NCBI GenBank assembly: GCA_965203295.1
Contig: CBDBCZ010000013.1
Location: forward strand, 832,001 to 896,000
DNA length: 64,000 bases
From: Nitrospirales bacterium
GTDB taxonomy: Bacteria > Nitrospirota > Nitrospiria > Nitrospirales > UBA8639
Direction of reading: 5' to 3'
Shown: positions 1 through 12,018 of the stretch, piece by piece
Numbering within the stretch: the stretch's first letter is position 1
Layout of the letters: each line of letters starts with the position of its first letter
Notes under the pieces: generated by a model
Told to the model about the DNA's origin: nothing
Seen by the model: the letters and a program-made list of their open reading frames with translations, nothing else
Databases searched by the model: none
Position numbers and translations under genes: made by a program

Positions 1-3000
1 TGCTCTTGTTTCTGGAGAATGGACTTTGACAAAAGCTTCGAAAATTAAATTTCTGCTTCTTCCACATTTCAGTGTTCCTTACTTGCACTACAGTGTGGTA
101 GACGACAATACCAACAAAAGTCCCAGCAGCGATTGCAACAGAAGTATACGTGACAGCCTCTTGGTTGCCTCCTGCGAGATTGATGTATAAGGTGGTTGTT
201 GCGAGCACACCAAGATTCAAAATGAATGAAGATTCCAACAGTGTAAGAATCCAGTTTTGATAGATGCCAGTGGTGAGTAAGGTTACAATGAAAAAAGCGG
301 TGGAAGAAATGGTAAGCAAGCTGATGTTGTCGCCGCCGTAGACAAAAAATACACCACAGCGAAAAAGAAGTAACAGTCCGGTCCAGTATCGTTGCTTGGA
401 AGTGTAAGGTGCATGATACGCATCAAGGTGGGCCTTTATACTAGGTCTCGTGATCCACGAAAATATCTTCCATGTAGACTTTGCCTGGATCCATTGGCTG
501 AATAGGAGTAGTAAAGTGTAGGGCAAAAACACAAAAGCTATGGATAATACTGCAGCTATGAAAAGTGGAATGTGTTTTCCAGTGAGGTACCTCACGTTTC
601 CATCATTAAACCACACAGCTACTTTCAAGCTATTTGGATACTCCACAAATGCTATTGAGAGAGCAGAGATTATCGTGCGAAGGAACTTGGCATATGACAG
701 TAAGAACAGGGTAGCGAGGACTGCAACTGGATTGTTGCCAAGCAGAGCTGCTACCTTGCGTGAAAAGTGGCTAATTAGAAATATAATGCCGACTAAACTC
801 CATACATAGACAGGAAATACGAACTGCAGCCATGTCTTAGCATAGCTGTCCATGCCCTCGTAGAAGCAGGTTTCAATCCCCAAGTCTAAGTTGAGCCAGG
901 CTATAAACACGTTGCTGACTCCCGATGGGAAGAAGAGGGCAGAATTTGCTTGTACTACATTGGCATAAAAGATCAGTCCATGAATGGTTCCAGCTGCAAC
1001 AGTCAGCTTCAAAACGAACAGAAAGAATACCAATGTGATGCCTGCAAATGCAAATGCTAGCAAGAGTGAAAGATAGTCATCAGTGCACTGCAAGCAACGA
1101 GAAGTTCCAAACACGGCACTAAAGCCAGGGTTACACTCTCCGCAAAGTATTCCAGATCTGTTAAAGTTGCATAAAGGACTGCTGTTATCAACTGTGATGA
1201 AAGCATCCCCAGTAATACAGTAATCAAAAGGACATTCATTGCGAAGAATTAAACCCTGGGAATCACTGTCATAGCCCAGCCAGAAATTGACATTGTGTGG
1301 ACGAAATATTGTGGCACTGTCTACATCACATGTGTTGGTAAACCTCTGCAGTCTTTCATTGCACACACAAGCTTGCTCTGTGTTTGATAACTCAAAACCA
1401 TGTGGGCATGGAAGGACTTCAATCTGAAGTACAACAGACCTTCCTTCACTGGAACACGGTCCTTGTGCATACAGTTCAACTTGATGTATTCCTTCTACTG
1501 AGGTCAAAATGGTATATCGAAGATTAGTGCATGTGTTATTTATCCTTTGTGTATATTCAAGCTCACCGAAGGATATGGTGTTAAGAAAACTTGTTCGGAT
1601 GACTGCAGGCACACTTCCGTTCCTCTGGCCAAGAGCAATTACAGGAATTTGCAGTGAGCCTCCAGGATACACGCGCCTGGTGATAGGGAAGTTAGCGCAA
1701 CTCGGTTCACATTCGGAGCAACTACATGTACACGTGTAAAGTGGTGGAGAAGCAATGCCAAGAGATCTAGATGCATTTGGAACAGCAGTAGAACTGACGA
1801 GGTCAAAAACTTCTCCACTGGATCTGAATTCACAGAAGTCCTGCTGGCAATAGACGATATTGGAAAAAGTACAACTGTCGATGGTTCCACCATATAAGTC
1901 ACTCCCACCTTCAGAGGCATGATTTCTATCAAAATTAAGGCTGGTATTGAGATCTACTACACTTTGAATAGCTATCAGAGTTGTAGTGGTGTTAGTTTGA
2001 ATTTGGAAGAAACACATACCCTGAACGTTAAAGGCAATAAAGTTAGCTGGTACAAAGCAGTATTCCAATGGTGCCGAGTCTTCAACTTCCACAGCTCCTC
2101 CAGTTACTTCAGCTCTGTTGTCTGCAAAGTATACTGCAGTATTGGCAAGCAAGTACATCTTTGAATTTGCTGTTAGCAAGAGTCCTCCTCCATTGAGTGC
2201 TGCATTTCCTAAGAAATTAATGGTCCCCTCAAATTGTAAATTACTGCTGGATGCATAGATTCCGCCACCAAAATTGGCTGTATTGTTGGAAATACCACTA
2301 AGTCCAAAGAAAGAAACATTGGATGCTATTGAATAAACGCTTCCCCCATAAACAGCACTATTATTCTGAAATTGTGTTGTGTCCATAAACGCTAGACGGC
2401 TTTCACCAGCTGCCATTAGTGCACCACCATATTGGGCTCTATTGTTCTGAATACTAATATTCCCATTAAACATCATACTAGTGCCAAATGCTAAAACTGC
2501 ACCGCCTATGACAAAAGCTGAATTCCTGTCAAAAGTAGTGTTTCCACTGAATTGAATATCACCGTTTCCTATAGCCATTGCACCACCCAATGTCATTGCT
2601 GTGTTATTCATGAAAACTGTACCTTTTGCAAAAATCACTTTTCCAAAAAATATGCATAATCCACCTCCCTCGAGTCCTGCGAAGTTAGATACAAATTCAG
2701 TTTTAGTAAAGTTGACAGTGCTCTGAAGCATACACATTCCAGCTCCATTGAAATTTGCAGAGTTATTCACAAACGCACTATTAGTAACATTCACGGTACA
2801 GTTCATCAAGTAAGCTCCTCCACCGGTATGGGCTCTGTTGTTAAGAAACATGCTATTTGTGACAGTGAGATTGCTGTTTTGAGCATAGATTGCACTACCT
2901 GGTGCGCCACCATCATTAAAATTAACATTGTCCCTAAAAATGCAGTTTGAAATTTCGAACCAAGGCACATTCAATATACTAAATGCTGGATTAGCACCAT

Positions 3001-4429
3001 CTGCACATGATATGAAGCTCAAGCCTCTAATACGTACCGTTGCAATTCGGATGAAGGCAAAACTAGATGCACTATTACAGACGATGTTGCTAGTAACTTT
3101 GTCAGGGGAGGAAGACACTGCCAGGAATGACAGACTAGTGATGTCAGCAATCAAGAGCCCACTGTCTAGAGAGTGATTGCCAGGGAGGAAAACAAATGTC
3201 ACGTCAGATGTGAAATATTCTATCGGCTGCCTAAAGTACTCAGAAAGAGTGAAGCAAGGCTCTCCAGGGCAAGACAACTCGGGTGCATTGGAAACATAAT
3301 AAACACTCGTGTTTTGTACTGAACTTCCAAAAACTACATTTCCTGAATTGTTTGCAATTACATTCTCTGTAAAGTTTTCGATGCGTCTGATGAATGAATA
3401 AACCACCCATCCACCACCTTGGTTGCTTATAAAGCGGTTGTTGTTGAAGCTTACCTCGCCAATCGAACCGACTAATACTCCAGCAGCATTCAGATTAGCA
3501 CTGTTACCCGTGAAACTATTATCAATGAGTTCAGTGAGAAAGTTTTCTGTATATATTCCACCTCCAGTTCTATTGGCAGTATTATTACTAAACTCGTTTC
3601 CTACGAATTTCGTTTCACCACTACTAACATGAGCTGCACCACCAGTCTCACCAGCCTGGTTACTTTTGAAAGTATTTCTTATGAAGTTCAGTCTGCCTTC
3701 CACCACAATACACCCACCACCTTGTGTTCCCGCATTGTTATTCGTAAAAATGTTCTCAGTAATATTGCCATTGCTGCTTATACATGAAATTCCACCTCCA
3801 TCCACTGCAGCACGATTTCCCACAAATGTGTTTCCCCTGCATTCCACTTCGCTGAACATTATGCAAACTGCACCTCCAGAGTAGGCTGAGTTGCTCTCAA
3901 ATAAATTTCCAGAAAGAATGACCCTGTCACTAGAGTACACACTAAGGGCACCTCCATGTGTAGATGTATTTCTCCGAAATTTTTGACTATTTTGAAAAAC
4001 ACAGTCCGAAATAATAACGAGAAATGCTGTTGATACTGTTACAGCTGAACTGTAGTTGCCACTGCCACCACAGGAAGAAAATGCAAGACCATTAATGTAA
4101 AGATTACCAATAGCATTGAAGGTTAAGCTAGTACCCTCGCTGCAGATAATCGTGCTTGTGACTTGAGGTAAATTGCTGATATCACCGAAAAGGGACAGGC
4201 TTGGAATATTCTGAAAAGAAGCATTTCTTCCAAGAGTGTAGTTACCAGGGAGGAACCTAAGTGTAACATCAGAAGTGGAGAACCGGACCCCCTGTTCTAA
4301 CTCAAAGAGGGTGAGGCAGTTTTGTCCAGGGCAGGTTGTATCTGGTGAAGGAGTGATGTAGTAAGTGCTCTGAGCAGAGCACAGTGAAAGAATCAATAGA
4401 AGCACAAACTGTAACTGCCACGGATGCAT
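1..4429 (-). CDS. Large intronless membrane protein (>1470 aa, C-terminus beyond the window): signal peptide, two YY(I/V)xx..CPG..C(L/F)TL modules, GGA(I/L)/FxxN beta-helix repeats (polymorphic membrane protein-like), Cys-rich linker, multi-pass TM domain
   Basis: Manual translation from ATG at 4429: MHPWQLQFVLLLILSLCSAQSTYYITPSPDTTCPGQNCLTL. Same frame spot-checked at 3304, 2218, 1408 and 235. Motifs VYPGG..GQRNG, CPHGF, CPFDYC, NRSGILCGEC, GLIFYANVV, WLNLDLG, LLSYAKF. Probably missing from the ORF track because no stop falls inside the window. Confidence 0.85.
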   Translation of the reverse strand, partial: MHPWQLQFVLLLILSLCSAQSTYYITPSPDTTCPGQNCLTLFELEQGVRFSTSDVTLRFLPGNYTLGRNASFQNIPSLSLFGDISNLPQVTSTIICSEGTSLTFNAIGNLYINGLAFSSCGGSGNYSSAVTVSTAFLVIISDCVFQNSQKFRRNTSTHGGALSVYSSDRVILSGNLFESNSAYSGGAVCIMFSEVECRGNTFVGNRAAVDGGGISCISSNGNITENIFTNNNAGTQGGGCIVVEGRLNFIRNTFKSNQAGETGGAAHVSSGETKFVGNEFSNNTANRTGGGIYTENFLTELIDNSFTGNSANLNAAGVLVGSIGEVSFNNNRFISNQGGGWVVYSFIRRIENFTENVIANNSGNVVFGSSVQNTSVYYVSNAPELSCPGEPCFTLSEYFRQPIEYFTSDVTFVFLPGNHSLDSGLLIADITSLSFLAVSSSPDKVTSNIVCNSASSFAFIRIATVRIRGLSFISCADGANPAFSILNVPWFEISNCIFRDNVNFNDGGAPGSAIYAQNSNLTVTNSMFLNNRAHTGGGAYLMNCTVNVTNSAFVNNSANFNGAGMCMLQSTVNFTKTEFVSNFAGLEGGGLCIFFGKVIFAKGTVFMNNTAMTLGGAMAIGNGDIQFSGNTTFDRNSAFVIGGAVLAFGTSMMFNGNISIQNNRAQYGGALMAAGESRLAFMDTTQFQNNSAVYGGSVYSIASNVSFFGLSGISNNTANFGGGIYASSSNLQFEGTINFLGNAALNGGGLLLTANSKMYLLANTAVYFADNRAEVTGGAVEVEDSAPLEYCFVPANFIAFNVQGMCFFQIQTNTTTTLIAIQSVVDLNTSLNFDRNHASEGGSDLYGGTIDSCTFSNIVYCQQDFCEFRSSGEVFDLVSSTAVPNASRSLGIASPPLYTCTCSCSECEPSCANFPITRRVYPGGSLQIPVIALGQRNGSVPAVIRTSFLNTISFGELEYTQRINNTCTNLRYTILTSVEGIHQVELYAQGPCSSEGRSVVLQIEVLPCPHGFELSNTEQACVCNERLQRFTNTCDVDSATIFRPHNVNFWLGYDSDSQGLILRNECPFDYCITGDAFITVDNSSPLCNFNRSGILCGECNPGFSAVFGTSRCLQCTDDYLSLLLAFAFAGITLVFFLFVLKLTVAAGTIHGLIFYANVVQANSALFFPSGVSNVFIAWLNLDLGIETCFYEGMDSYAKTWLQFVFPVYVWSLVGIIFLISHFSRKVAALLGNNPVAVLATLFLLSYAKFLRTIISALSIAFVEYPNSLKVAVWFNDGNVRYLTGKHIPLFIAAVLSIAFVFLPYTLLLLFSQWIQAKSTWKIFSWITRPSIKAHLDAYHAPYTSKQRYWTGLLLLFRCGVFFVYGGDNISLLTISSTAFFIVTLLTTGIYQNWILTLLESSFILNLGVLATTTLYINLAGGNQEAVTYTSVAIAAGTFVGIVVYHTVVQVRNTEMWKKQKFNFRSFCQSPFSRNKS

Positions 4430-4433
4430 TGCA

Positions 4434-4721
4434 GTCCACTACAGATACGTTTGTATATAATTATACACAAATGTGAACTTGTACCATCGGTACTCTTATA
4501 CGAACAAATTAATTCTCACGTTGCTGTACTTTAGAACAAATATTTTCCTGCCTTGTATTTCAAAACTGTATATGTCCACTACAGATATTTTTGTATATTA
4601 TATACACCAATGTGAGCTTGTACCACCAACACTCCTATATGGAGTATTAATTCTCACGTTGCTGTACTTTAGAACAGATATTTTCCTTCCTTCAAAGATA
4701 ACGGTACTTCAAAAACTGTAT
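4434..4721. repeat. Diverged ~140-bp tandem duplication immediately upstream of the large TM gene
   Basis: gtccactacagata...ttaattctcacgttgctgtactttagaaca...aaaactgtat occurs at 4434 and 4574. Confidence 0.8.
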
Positions 4722-6514
4722 TGATCTAAAAACAGAGAATGGAGAGTGTATGTATCATTACATGCTCCATACAAACAGTATTGAGCTCATATGTAGTAGG
4801 GTCACAGGTGACAATAAATATCGGTACCTGCCATCTGCCATAAAATGCTGTATGTGACAATTATTGTTAACTTCAACATTGTGCCCGATAAAGATAGCAA
4901 GAATTTGCTAGTTTCAGAAGTAGGTTCCTTCCCAAGGCTTCGTCCTATGATGTTGAGGTAGTGGTTTAGCTAAACAAGAGGTTACTCAAGGAGATCTAAG
5001 TAAACCACAAGGAAGAACTGTACTTCTAGAATAGACTGTGTAAATGAGACCAGCAAGTAAATCTGTACTAAGTCTGCAGCTAGCTGACTCAGGTGCTGTT
5101 ATCTAATACTGGCACCTTTTACAGGCTATTCATGATAGTGAATATCAGATGACACTGCATTTCAAATGTGAATATCAATATCAGCTTGACAGTGGCTTTA
5201 GCTGAATCATGAGAAATTTTGCTTGTCAGAGTAATGGTATTATGTCATAGTTCTGAACATACCTATATTATATACATAAAATGATTAGTATACATGAGAA
5301 TGGAGTCACTTGCAGGTCCCGTATTTTGTGCTCTATCCATGTAAGTATATAGCTACTCACTGGTATTCTAAGGTGGTGTCTGGCCAGCCCCGGGCCCACC
5401 CATAAGCCTCAACTTGCATGCATGGTTGGTTTGTTCTGAGAAGGATCTCTTCTCACCGACTGTTCATTGTTAACTTCCAAATATCAAACTTATAGGTGCA
5501 AAAAGCTTGGCCATGTACTGTATATATGCAGCCTAATAAACGCTAGTTAATTAATCAAGTACCTGCTATAATTATAGTAGGCTCATGCTTGAGAGTTGAA
5601 GACACCGCAAACACAGGAAGTCAGTACACTACTATTGTGCTAAAATTCCTCCAGTGTATACAGTGGTCTATAGTCTACAGCATGGGCAAAGAAGGCTGAT
5701 GTCTAAATTCATGATTAAAAGGAATGCATGCGATTAGTCATAAATGCTATCAATGCAGTCATGGACTAGTCACATGTATTCAATATTATTGCACTATGAA
5801 CTAACCTTTTTGGACTCAGTCAATGGTTGCAATAATTGTAACTGGTGATTAGAAATAGTTTACCTGTATAATAATCATGTGAATGAGCATGTGATCACTG
5901 TCATGCAAGGAATATGGCAGCAACATGAGTAGTCTACATTAGTGCTGAAGTCAGTCACTAGTATGAACAATTACATGCCTTATGCTATACATGTACTTAT
6001 GCACCATGCGCATGCATACACACAAAAGTAATTATGACAATTCTGTTTCAGTTAGTCATCTTGTACCTATGTGTATGATTAAGTCTCACTATTTACCTGC
6101 ATGTGCTACAGAAGTGATCATCAGTGATCTAACGCTTCAAGGCTTAAAATGAATACTTGAAAGCTGGCAGTTTTTAATTTTACTGATAATTATACAGGCT
6201 GGAATTGCCGTGCATTTAGATCTACATATAGGCTTCTGCCACGCAGGCAAATGCAAGTTTTAACTTTTAACTTTATCGCTTGTACCGACAGCTTTGAGGC
6301 TAGAAGACGCTCGCTAGTGCCCCTCCCTTTTTCAAATTGCCCGACCAGCTGAATATATTCAGGAGACAGACAGACTGCCGTGCGTGTATAGTACCCATTA
6401 TAAGTTCAAGACTTACCTTACGGTAAGGACGTAAAAGCACCTCATAGAACACGGCTGCTCTGGTCAAAATATCAATATCAGCCGCAAAGCTATTCCCGGA
6501 AGTAGGCGTGGTAG

Positions 6515-6557
6515 TAGTCTCGCGGGCCAGACAAAAATCGTCTGGCCCGCGAGACCA
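6515..6557. mobile_element. Miniature hairpin element (TAGTCTCG family)
   Basis: 16-bp inverted repeat gtctcgcgggccagac/gtctggcccgcgagac, flanked by gcgtggtag/gcgtggtat (8/9 match, TSD-like). Confidence 0.7.
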
Positions 6558-7409
6558 GCGTGGTATATACGTATATATAGCTGATAGCGTCCGTGTACTA
6601 CGAGGTGTACTATGTTGAAGACAATACTATGGTAGAAGGTCCATATGCTGTAAGATTATAGACCCAGCAGTCTGCTATCTGAGTCTAGATTCTGTAGCAT
6701 CAGACAACCCCTACAAGCTGGGAATTTTGGTAAACTCACCTTATATAATGTGTCATTATACATGCCTATATAATGACACATCACAGTAGAATTGTTGTAT
6801 TAACTTGGGATTGTTCTTTGAGTTTCATATTGTAAACACATTACATGCATGCACGAATACAGCTTGACCCATTCTTGGTCAAGAATGCTAAAACATTATT
6901 AGAGACAAAACACCTAGCTACCGCTATTCCACACAACATGCACATCTAAAAAATTCCCCAACCTCATAGTAAAAGCTGAGAGAGCAGTCGCTGATTCAGT
7001 GATGATGGTGATGATTAATATAGTAAGGATGCATGTCAATGATGTCACTACACCATGGTCCCCTATAGGTACACTGCTAAAATTGTTTTAATTACACCAG
7101 CTATATAGGGTTGCCTCAGTTGAAGTTACACTACCAAACTATGCAGTTTGAAGTTACTGCAGGAAGATAGTATCAATGAGAATTCAAAAATGTATGTACT
7201 TACTATAACAGTGTTCAGTGAGAGTAGCTGAATCTTAAACGTGGTGGGATTCAACAGCGCTGAACTCATGTAAGTGCATTTATTTGAAATTCTTATTGAT
7301 ATTGGCTTCCTGCCATAAAAATCACACAGTTGTAGTGCAGCTCCCACAGATATACCCCTAGCTGGTTTAAAACAACTCCTAGGGTCTACCGTAGTGTTCT
7401 ACACTTATA

Positions 7410-7476
7410 TAGCCTCGTTCCCAGGCTCTACTTCCCAGCTTTTTTTTGCACGTAGTAGAGCCTGGGAACGAGGCTA
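7410..7476. mobile_element. Miniature hairpin element (TAGCCTCG family)
   Basis: Inverted repeat tagcctcgttcccaggctctact/agtagagcctgggaacgaggcta; 8-bp direct repeat cacttata on both sides. Confidence 0.85.
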
Positions 7477-7641
7477 CACTTATACATAGTGTACTGTCAT
7501 CAGTGAAGTTGACACTCAATGAAGTTGGTTTTCCTTGCCCTTAGGCCCGTGGGAGAATCAGACAGAACGAAGCAGACTTCTGGCATTCCAAGCTTGAGAA
7601 TCTTTGACATATGAGTAAACAAAATCAGAACACACCCCCCC

Positions 7642-7673
<32 letters not shown>

Positions 7674-7923
7674 AGTAATAAACCAAAACGACAAAATAAC
7701 AACAAGCATGGGCAGTCTTTTTATGCGGAGCCACTCGATCATTTATTACTGGAGTAAATAATAGATGATAATCTCATACTAGCTCACCCATGTAATTATT
7801 GTACGGCTATAACTAGTTCACATCTATGCTTTCATTTAAGATATTTCACAGTTGCAACAAGAAAAGACATCCTTTAATTTAACTCTTATATTATACAATT
7901 ATGAGTGTCATACATGATGTAAA

Positions 7924-8089
7924 ATGTTTACGTATACTTTTGTACATTACGTACTACAAAAAAATTAAGGACATGGAAATACAGCAGTGAAAAAGACAAG
8001 ACTTTATGTTTACGTATACTTTTGTACGTTACGTACCGCAAAAAAAAATTAAGGACATGGAAATACAGCAGTGAAAGAGACAAGACTTT
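7924..8089. repeat. ~82-bp tandem duplication
   Basis: atgtttacgtatacttttgtac...gacaagacttt at 7924 and 8006. Confidence 0.85.
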
Positions 8090-9971
8090 ACGAAGACATC
8101 TTACAATGCTGTCACAACCAACTAGCTATTGGCCTTGTTGCTGATATATTCCTCCCAGCAGTCGGCCATTTACGGTACTGCTAGCAACCAAAAAAAATTC
8201 AGGGGGGAGACTGATAGCTATATTACAGGCTTCCGTAGGTTTTGCTGCTGCTGTTTTCTACCATCAGTGGCTTGCAACGTACTTGGCTTCCATTAGCAAT
8301 TGCTTCATATGGTTCTGGGTTTAGGAGCCTGTGTGGAACAGCAGCATCAAACTGTTCTTCATGGTCTTGAAAAAAGCAGCGTAGAAGTTTGTGGCTCTTG
8401 AGCTTTTGTATGCAGCCAGTTTTCCTATCGAGCAGCCAGAACACAGAGAACAGGACAAAGTACAGCAGTGGGAGTGCGTATAGCACATCAGTTAAAATCA
8501 GCAAGAAGGTCGAAGAGTGACCAGTTAACAGTGCAGTGATAAAAATGAACGTAATAAAGATATAGATGGTACCTAAGGTAGTAAAAATGACAGCATCTAC
8601 CACATTATACAGGTGCACTTTGTAAGGCTGAACGAGAGCAAACAATAGTGCAATACTCCAGTAGAGAAGTGCTGATACAGCAACAGTAAAATATGGCACA
8701 GCAGTAGAAAAGAGCAAAAGAGCAATGATTCGAAAAATGAAATAGAGTCCAGCAAAATATCGATAGTCTCGTGTGCCATTTGTGCCATCCTTGTAGCAGC
8801 CTTGGAAAGATTCAACAAATGTGTGAAGGGCTTGTGAGTTCATTTTGCATCGTGTGAGACACTTTTGGAAAAAGGCAGCTTGGTAGAATGTCAGCACAAT
8901 GGGAGGTAGAGCAATGAAAGTCAACAGTACAACAATAGATAGTAGAGCAAGTGGGAGATGTTCTGAGTGAAAGAATTCAATGTTTGCATCATACCGAAAG
9001 ACGAAAGTCTTGAGTATCTTTCCTTGGCCATCGAACAGCCGTGTTGGGAATAAAATCTTCCTGCCACGAATAATAGTTTTTCATACAATATAAGAATGAA
9101 AGTTGCAAAAGCATCGATTATGGAAGTCTTTGGTTCAACACTTCTTCTGAAGCGGAGGAAACACCTTAGAAAAGGCCTCCAACAGTAAACAACAGGCCTG
9201 AAATCGCCAGCATGCAGTTGAATGCAGATGTAGAGAAATACAATGACAACTAATGGGTAAAATGCTAGTATATATTCAAGTGCATATGCTTGTAATGAAC
9301 GAAGATGGCGTGTGAGACAAAATAGAGGAATGATAGCACGGAAGACATGCAAGTTCCACATGTCATATAGGGCAGCAACTACCACTGTGGACATTCTCTT
9401 GGGGTATGTAAAAGTACCTTGTGCTCCCAGCACACTCATGATGAGACTGATACCAAGGAATGATTATGTAGAAATCTGGCTATAGAAGATGAAAGAATTA
9501 ATGGGTCCTGAAACAACACCGATGGCAAAGATTACAATCACTATGAAAATTACAGTGATTGGTAGATATGTGATAGTAATAAATTTTATCCAACCATTGG
9601 AGACACTCGTACAGTTGATGCACTCTATGAGGCTGAAAGGTAGGGACAGGCACATTATTCTTTTTAATTTTCCATTATTCTATTCCCCAATTCTTTTATT
9701 TTGCCCTATTATTCCTTCCCATTATTCTTATTTTTACCCTATTATTCTTTTCCTTCATCACGAGCCATATGTAGCAGACTGAATTTAGGATGTGTTTCTA
9801 CCTTTAAGTACAAGTCCATATAGTACATATAGTGGGTTTCCCTGCTTCACTACACTAGACTAACTTGGCTTTGGAATTATTAATTGAATTCACAGCCACT
9901 TATGTTCCACCACCAGCCCACCACTTTACTGCAGACTAATTACTGAGTCCTCTGACCCAGGAAAGGCCTTA

Positions 9972-10846
9972 TTAACAGTTCATGTGCCACAATACCCTCT
10001 CCCCCACCTGACATACCCACCGACACCGGCAGCATGAGCCCCCTTATTCCCTAGCTACCTGGCTCATCCTGGAATCCCTAGCTGGTCTAGTCCGACTACA
10101 AGAGGTTTTGGCGGGAGGCGGCTGATCGGGGTGTACCAATACACCTCCACGGGAGGTAGCCCCCCGATGTAGCATGCAATTCCCAGGCTTGGGGGCAATG
10201 CGGGGAGCCAGATGCCCTTACAAATATTGTTTCTAGCCTTGTCACTGGCTCCCACGCACCCACCAAACCTACCCCTCACAGCCACCAGTCACATTAGGGA
10301 ACCCTAATGGAGAACATGCAGGACTCCCCATACGGGGAATACCGGCGGACCCCTCTCCTGAGCGAAGGGTGGGAGGGAGGGAAAGTAAACTTCTTGACAT
10401 ACAGTACGTGCAGCTGTGCTCTGAGTGTCACGAGGCAACCTAGCCCGCCTTGCTCAGTGCGCATGCGCCTAGCCCATGCATGCCCCACCCCCAATTTACT
10501 AGGAACTGCACATTCCTGTTAACTTAGTTTAACCTCCGTTTAAACTGCATTTAACAGTTCATGTGCCACAATACCCTCTCCCCCACCTGACATACGCACC
10601 GACACCGGCAGCATGAGCCCCCTTATTCCCTAGCTACCTGGCTCATCCTGGAATCCCTAGCTGGTCTAGTCCGACTACAAGAGGTTTTGGCGGGAGGCGG
10701 CTGATCGGGGTGTACCAATACACCTCCACGGGAGGTAGCCCCCCGATGTAGCATGCAATTCCCAGGCTTGGGGGCAATGCGGGGAGCCAGATGCCCTTAC
10801 AAATATTGTTCCTAGCCTTGTCACTGGCTCCCACGCACCCACCAAA
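9972..10846 (-). repeat. Ngaro 3' split repeats: B2 9972-10267, A2 10382-10550, B1 10551-10846
   Basis: B copies are 296 bp with about 2 visible mismatches; A2 (169 bp) matches A1 at 16341-16509; A2 and B1 abut directly. Confidence 0.93.
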
Positions 10847-11037
10847 GGAAGGAGCTACCCCTGCTCCTTCCCCCCCAAGCCTAAACCCCCGACCCCCCAG
10901 CCCCCCCTGCCTGCCCGGAGATACACCGACCCCAGAAAATGGTACCCCTGCAGGCTCTGGGCGACCGCTCTACATGAAGGCTTACCAACAATATCCTATC
11001 AACTTGACAAATTAGTCAGAATCAGGCATACACAGAG

Positions 11038-12018
11038 TTAAATTTTTGCCAGTTGCTTAGCCACCGTGGCCAACCTCTCGCGTGGGATTCGAACATAAGT
11101 CTGGTAGGCTGAGCTCCGCCACCGCCCCAAAGTTTTGATCATAGAATCTTCAAGGCCTGCTGCTGCCGCTGCAGTAGCCGCCCCAATGCGGAAACTGTGG
11201 CCCGAATAGCCACTGACATTCATTCCGCTGGCGCTCAAGGCTTTCCGTACATGTTTCACAAAAGTCTCTCGAGACAATGGGGAACCAGATTTCCACCTGA
11301 AGAATGGACCTGTGGATCTTCCGCGTACAGCCAGGTAGGCTGCAATCGCTGCCACTGGGCACCGGCAATTGTCGGTCTTGCCGATAAACACAAACACACC
11401 TTGGCGGAATGGGTCAGTTTTTGAGGCTTTAATATGCACCCGGACTACTGCTGGGTCCTCCAGTTTGTCCAAGGCGACATCGCCCTCACCCAAATGGCCC
11501 TCTGGGTCAAACTCAGCCATAGACGCCACAGTGATCTCCCCCGAGCGTAGAAAGCCGTAAAAGCACATGCAACTGGCAGCCCATAACATGATGGAGTCGT
11601 AACTTTTGTCTTCCTTACTCCAAAAGTCTCTCAGTTTGTCCATAATGTCCATCGTCACTGGGAGCCGTTTCTGAGGCCTGGTCTCCCGGGATTTAGCTTG
11701 ACGGAGCTTCACCCCCCGCAAGGCATACTCCAGCACAGGCCACGAGGAAGTGAAGGGATCCCCCAATCCCTGACTGATCTGTAGGTAACGAATAGCTGAC
11801 AGGTACCCCTTAATAGTGCCGTGTAGAAGGCCCTCCTCATACAAGTGGGCGACAAATGTACAGAGTTGGTCCTCTGAGAGTGGGAATGGAGGTAAGTTTT
11901 TAGACTTGCAAAAATCCAAGTACCGACGCTGGCCACTGGTATACACCCTCTTGGTTGAGGGTGCTAAGGAGCTGTCAACCAACTCTCGAGCCAATCCCTC
12001 CAATCGTTGGAGGTCCAT
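11038..12018 (-). CDS. Tyrosine recombinase of the Ngaro element
   Basis: Catalytic motifs LRSGE, SKTDPFRQG, GHSFRIGAAT, GRWRSSAYQTY. Confidence 0.95.
   Translation of the reverse strand: MDLQRLEGLARELVDSSLAPSTKRVYTSGQRRYLDFCKSKNLPPFPLSEDQLCTFVAHLYEEGLLHGTIKGYLSAIRYLQISQGLGDPFTSSWPVLEYALRGVKLRQAKSRETRPQKRLPVTMDIMDKLRDFWSKEDKSYDSIMLWAASCMCFYGFLRSGEITVASMAEFDPEGHLGEGDVALDKLEDPAVVRVHIKASKTDPFRQGVFVFIGKTDNCRCPVAAIAAYLAVRGRSTGPFFRWKSGSPLSRETFVKHVRKALSASGMNVSGYSGHSFRIGAATAAAAAGLEDSMIKTLGRWRSSAYQTYVRIPRERLATVAKQLAKI

Noticed and set aside
540..3884. Many short plus-strand ORFs
   Set aside because: Antisense shadows of the long minus-strand CDS
1..4429. Bacterial autotransporter or contamination
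   Set aside because: The C-terminus is alpha-helical multi-TM and Cys-rich rather than a beta-barrel; the context has spliceosomal genes and eukaryotic TEs
10064..11015. Short ORFs in the Ngaro terminal repeats
   Set aside because: They lie in duplicated non-coding A/B repeats and show no recognisable motifs
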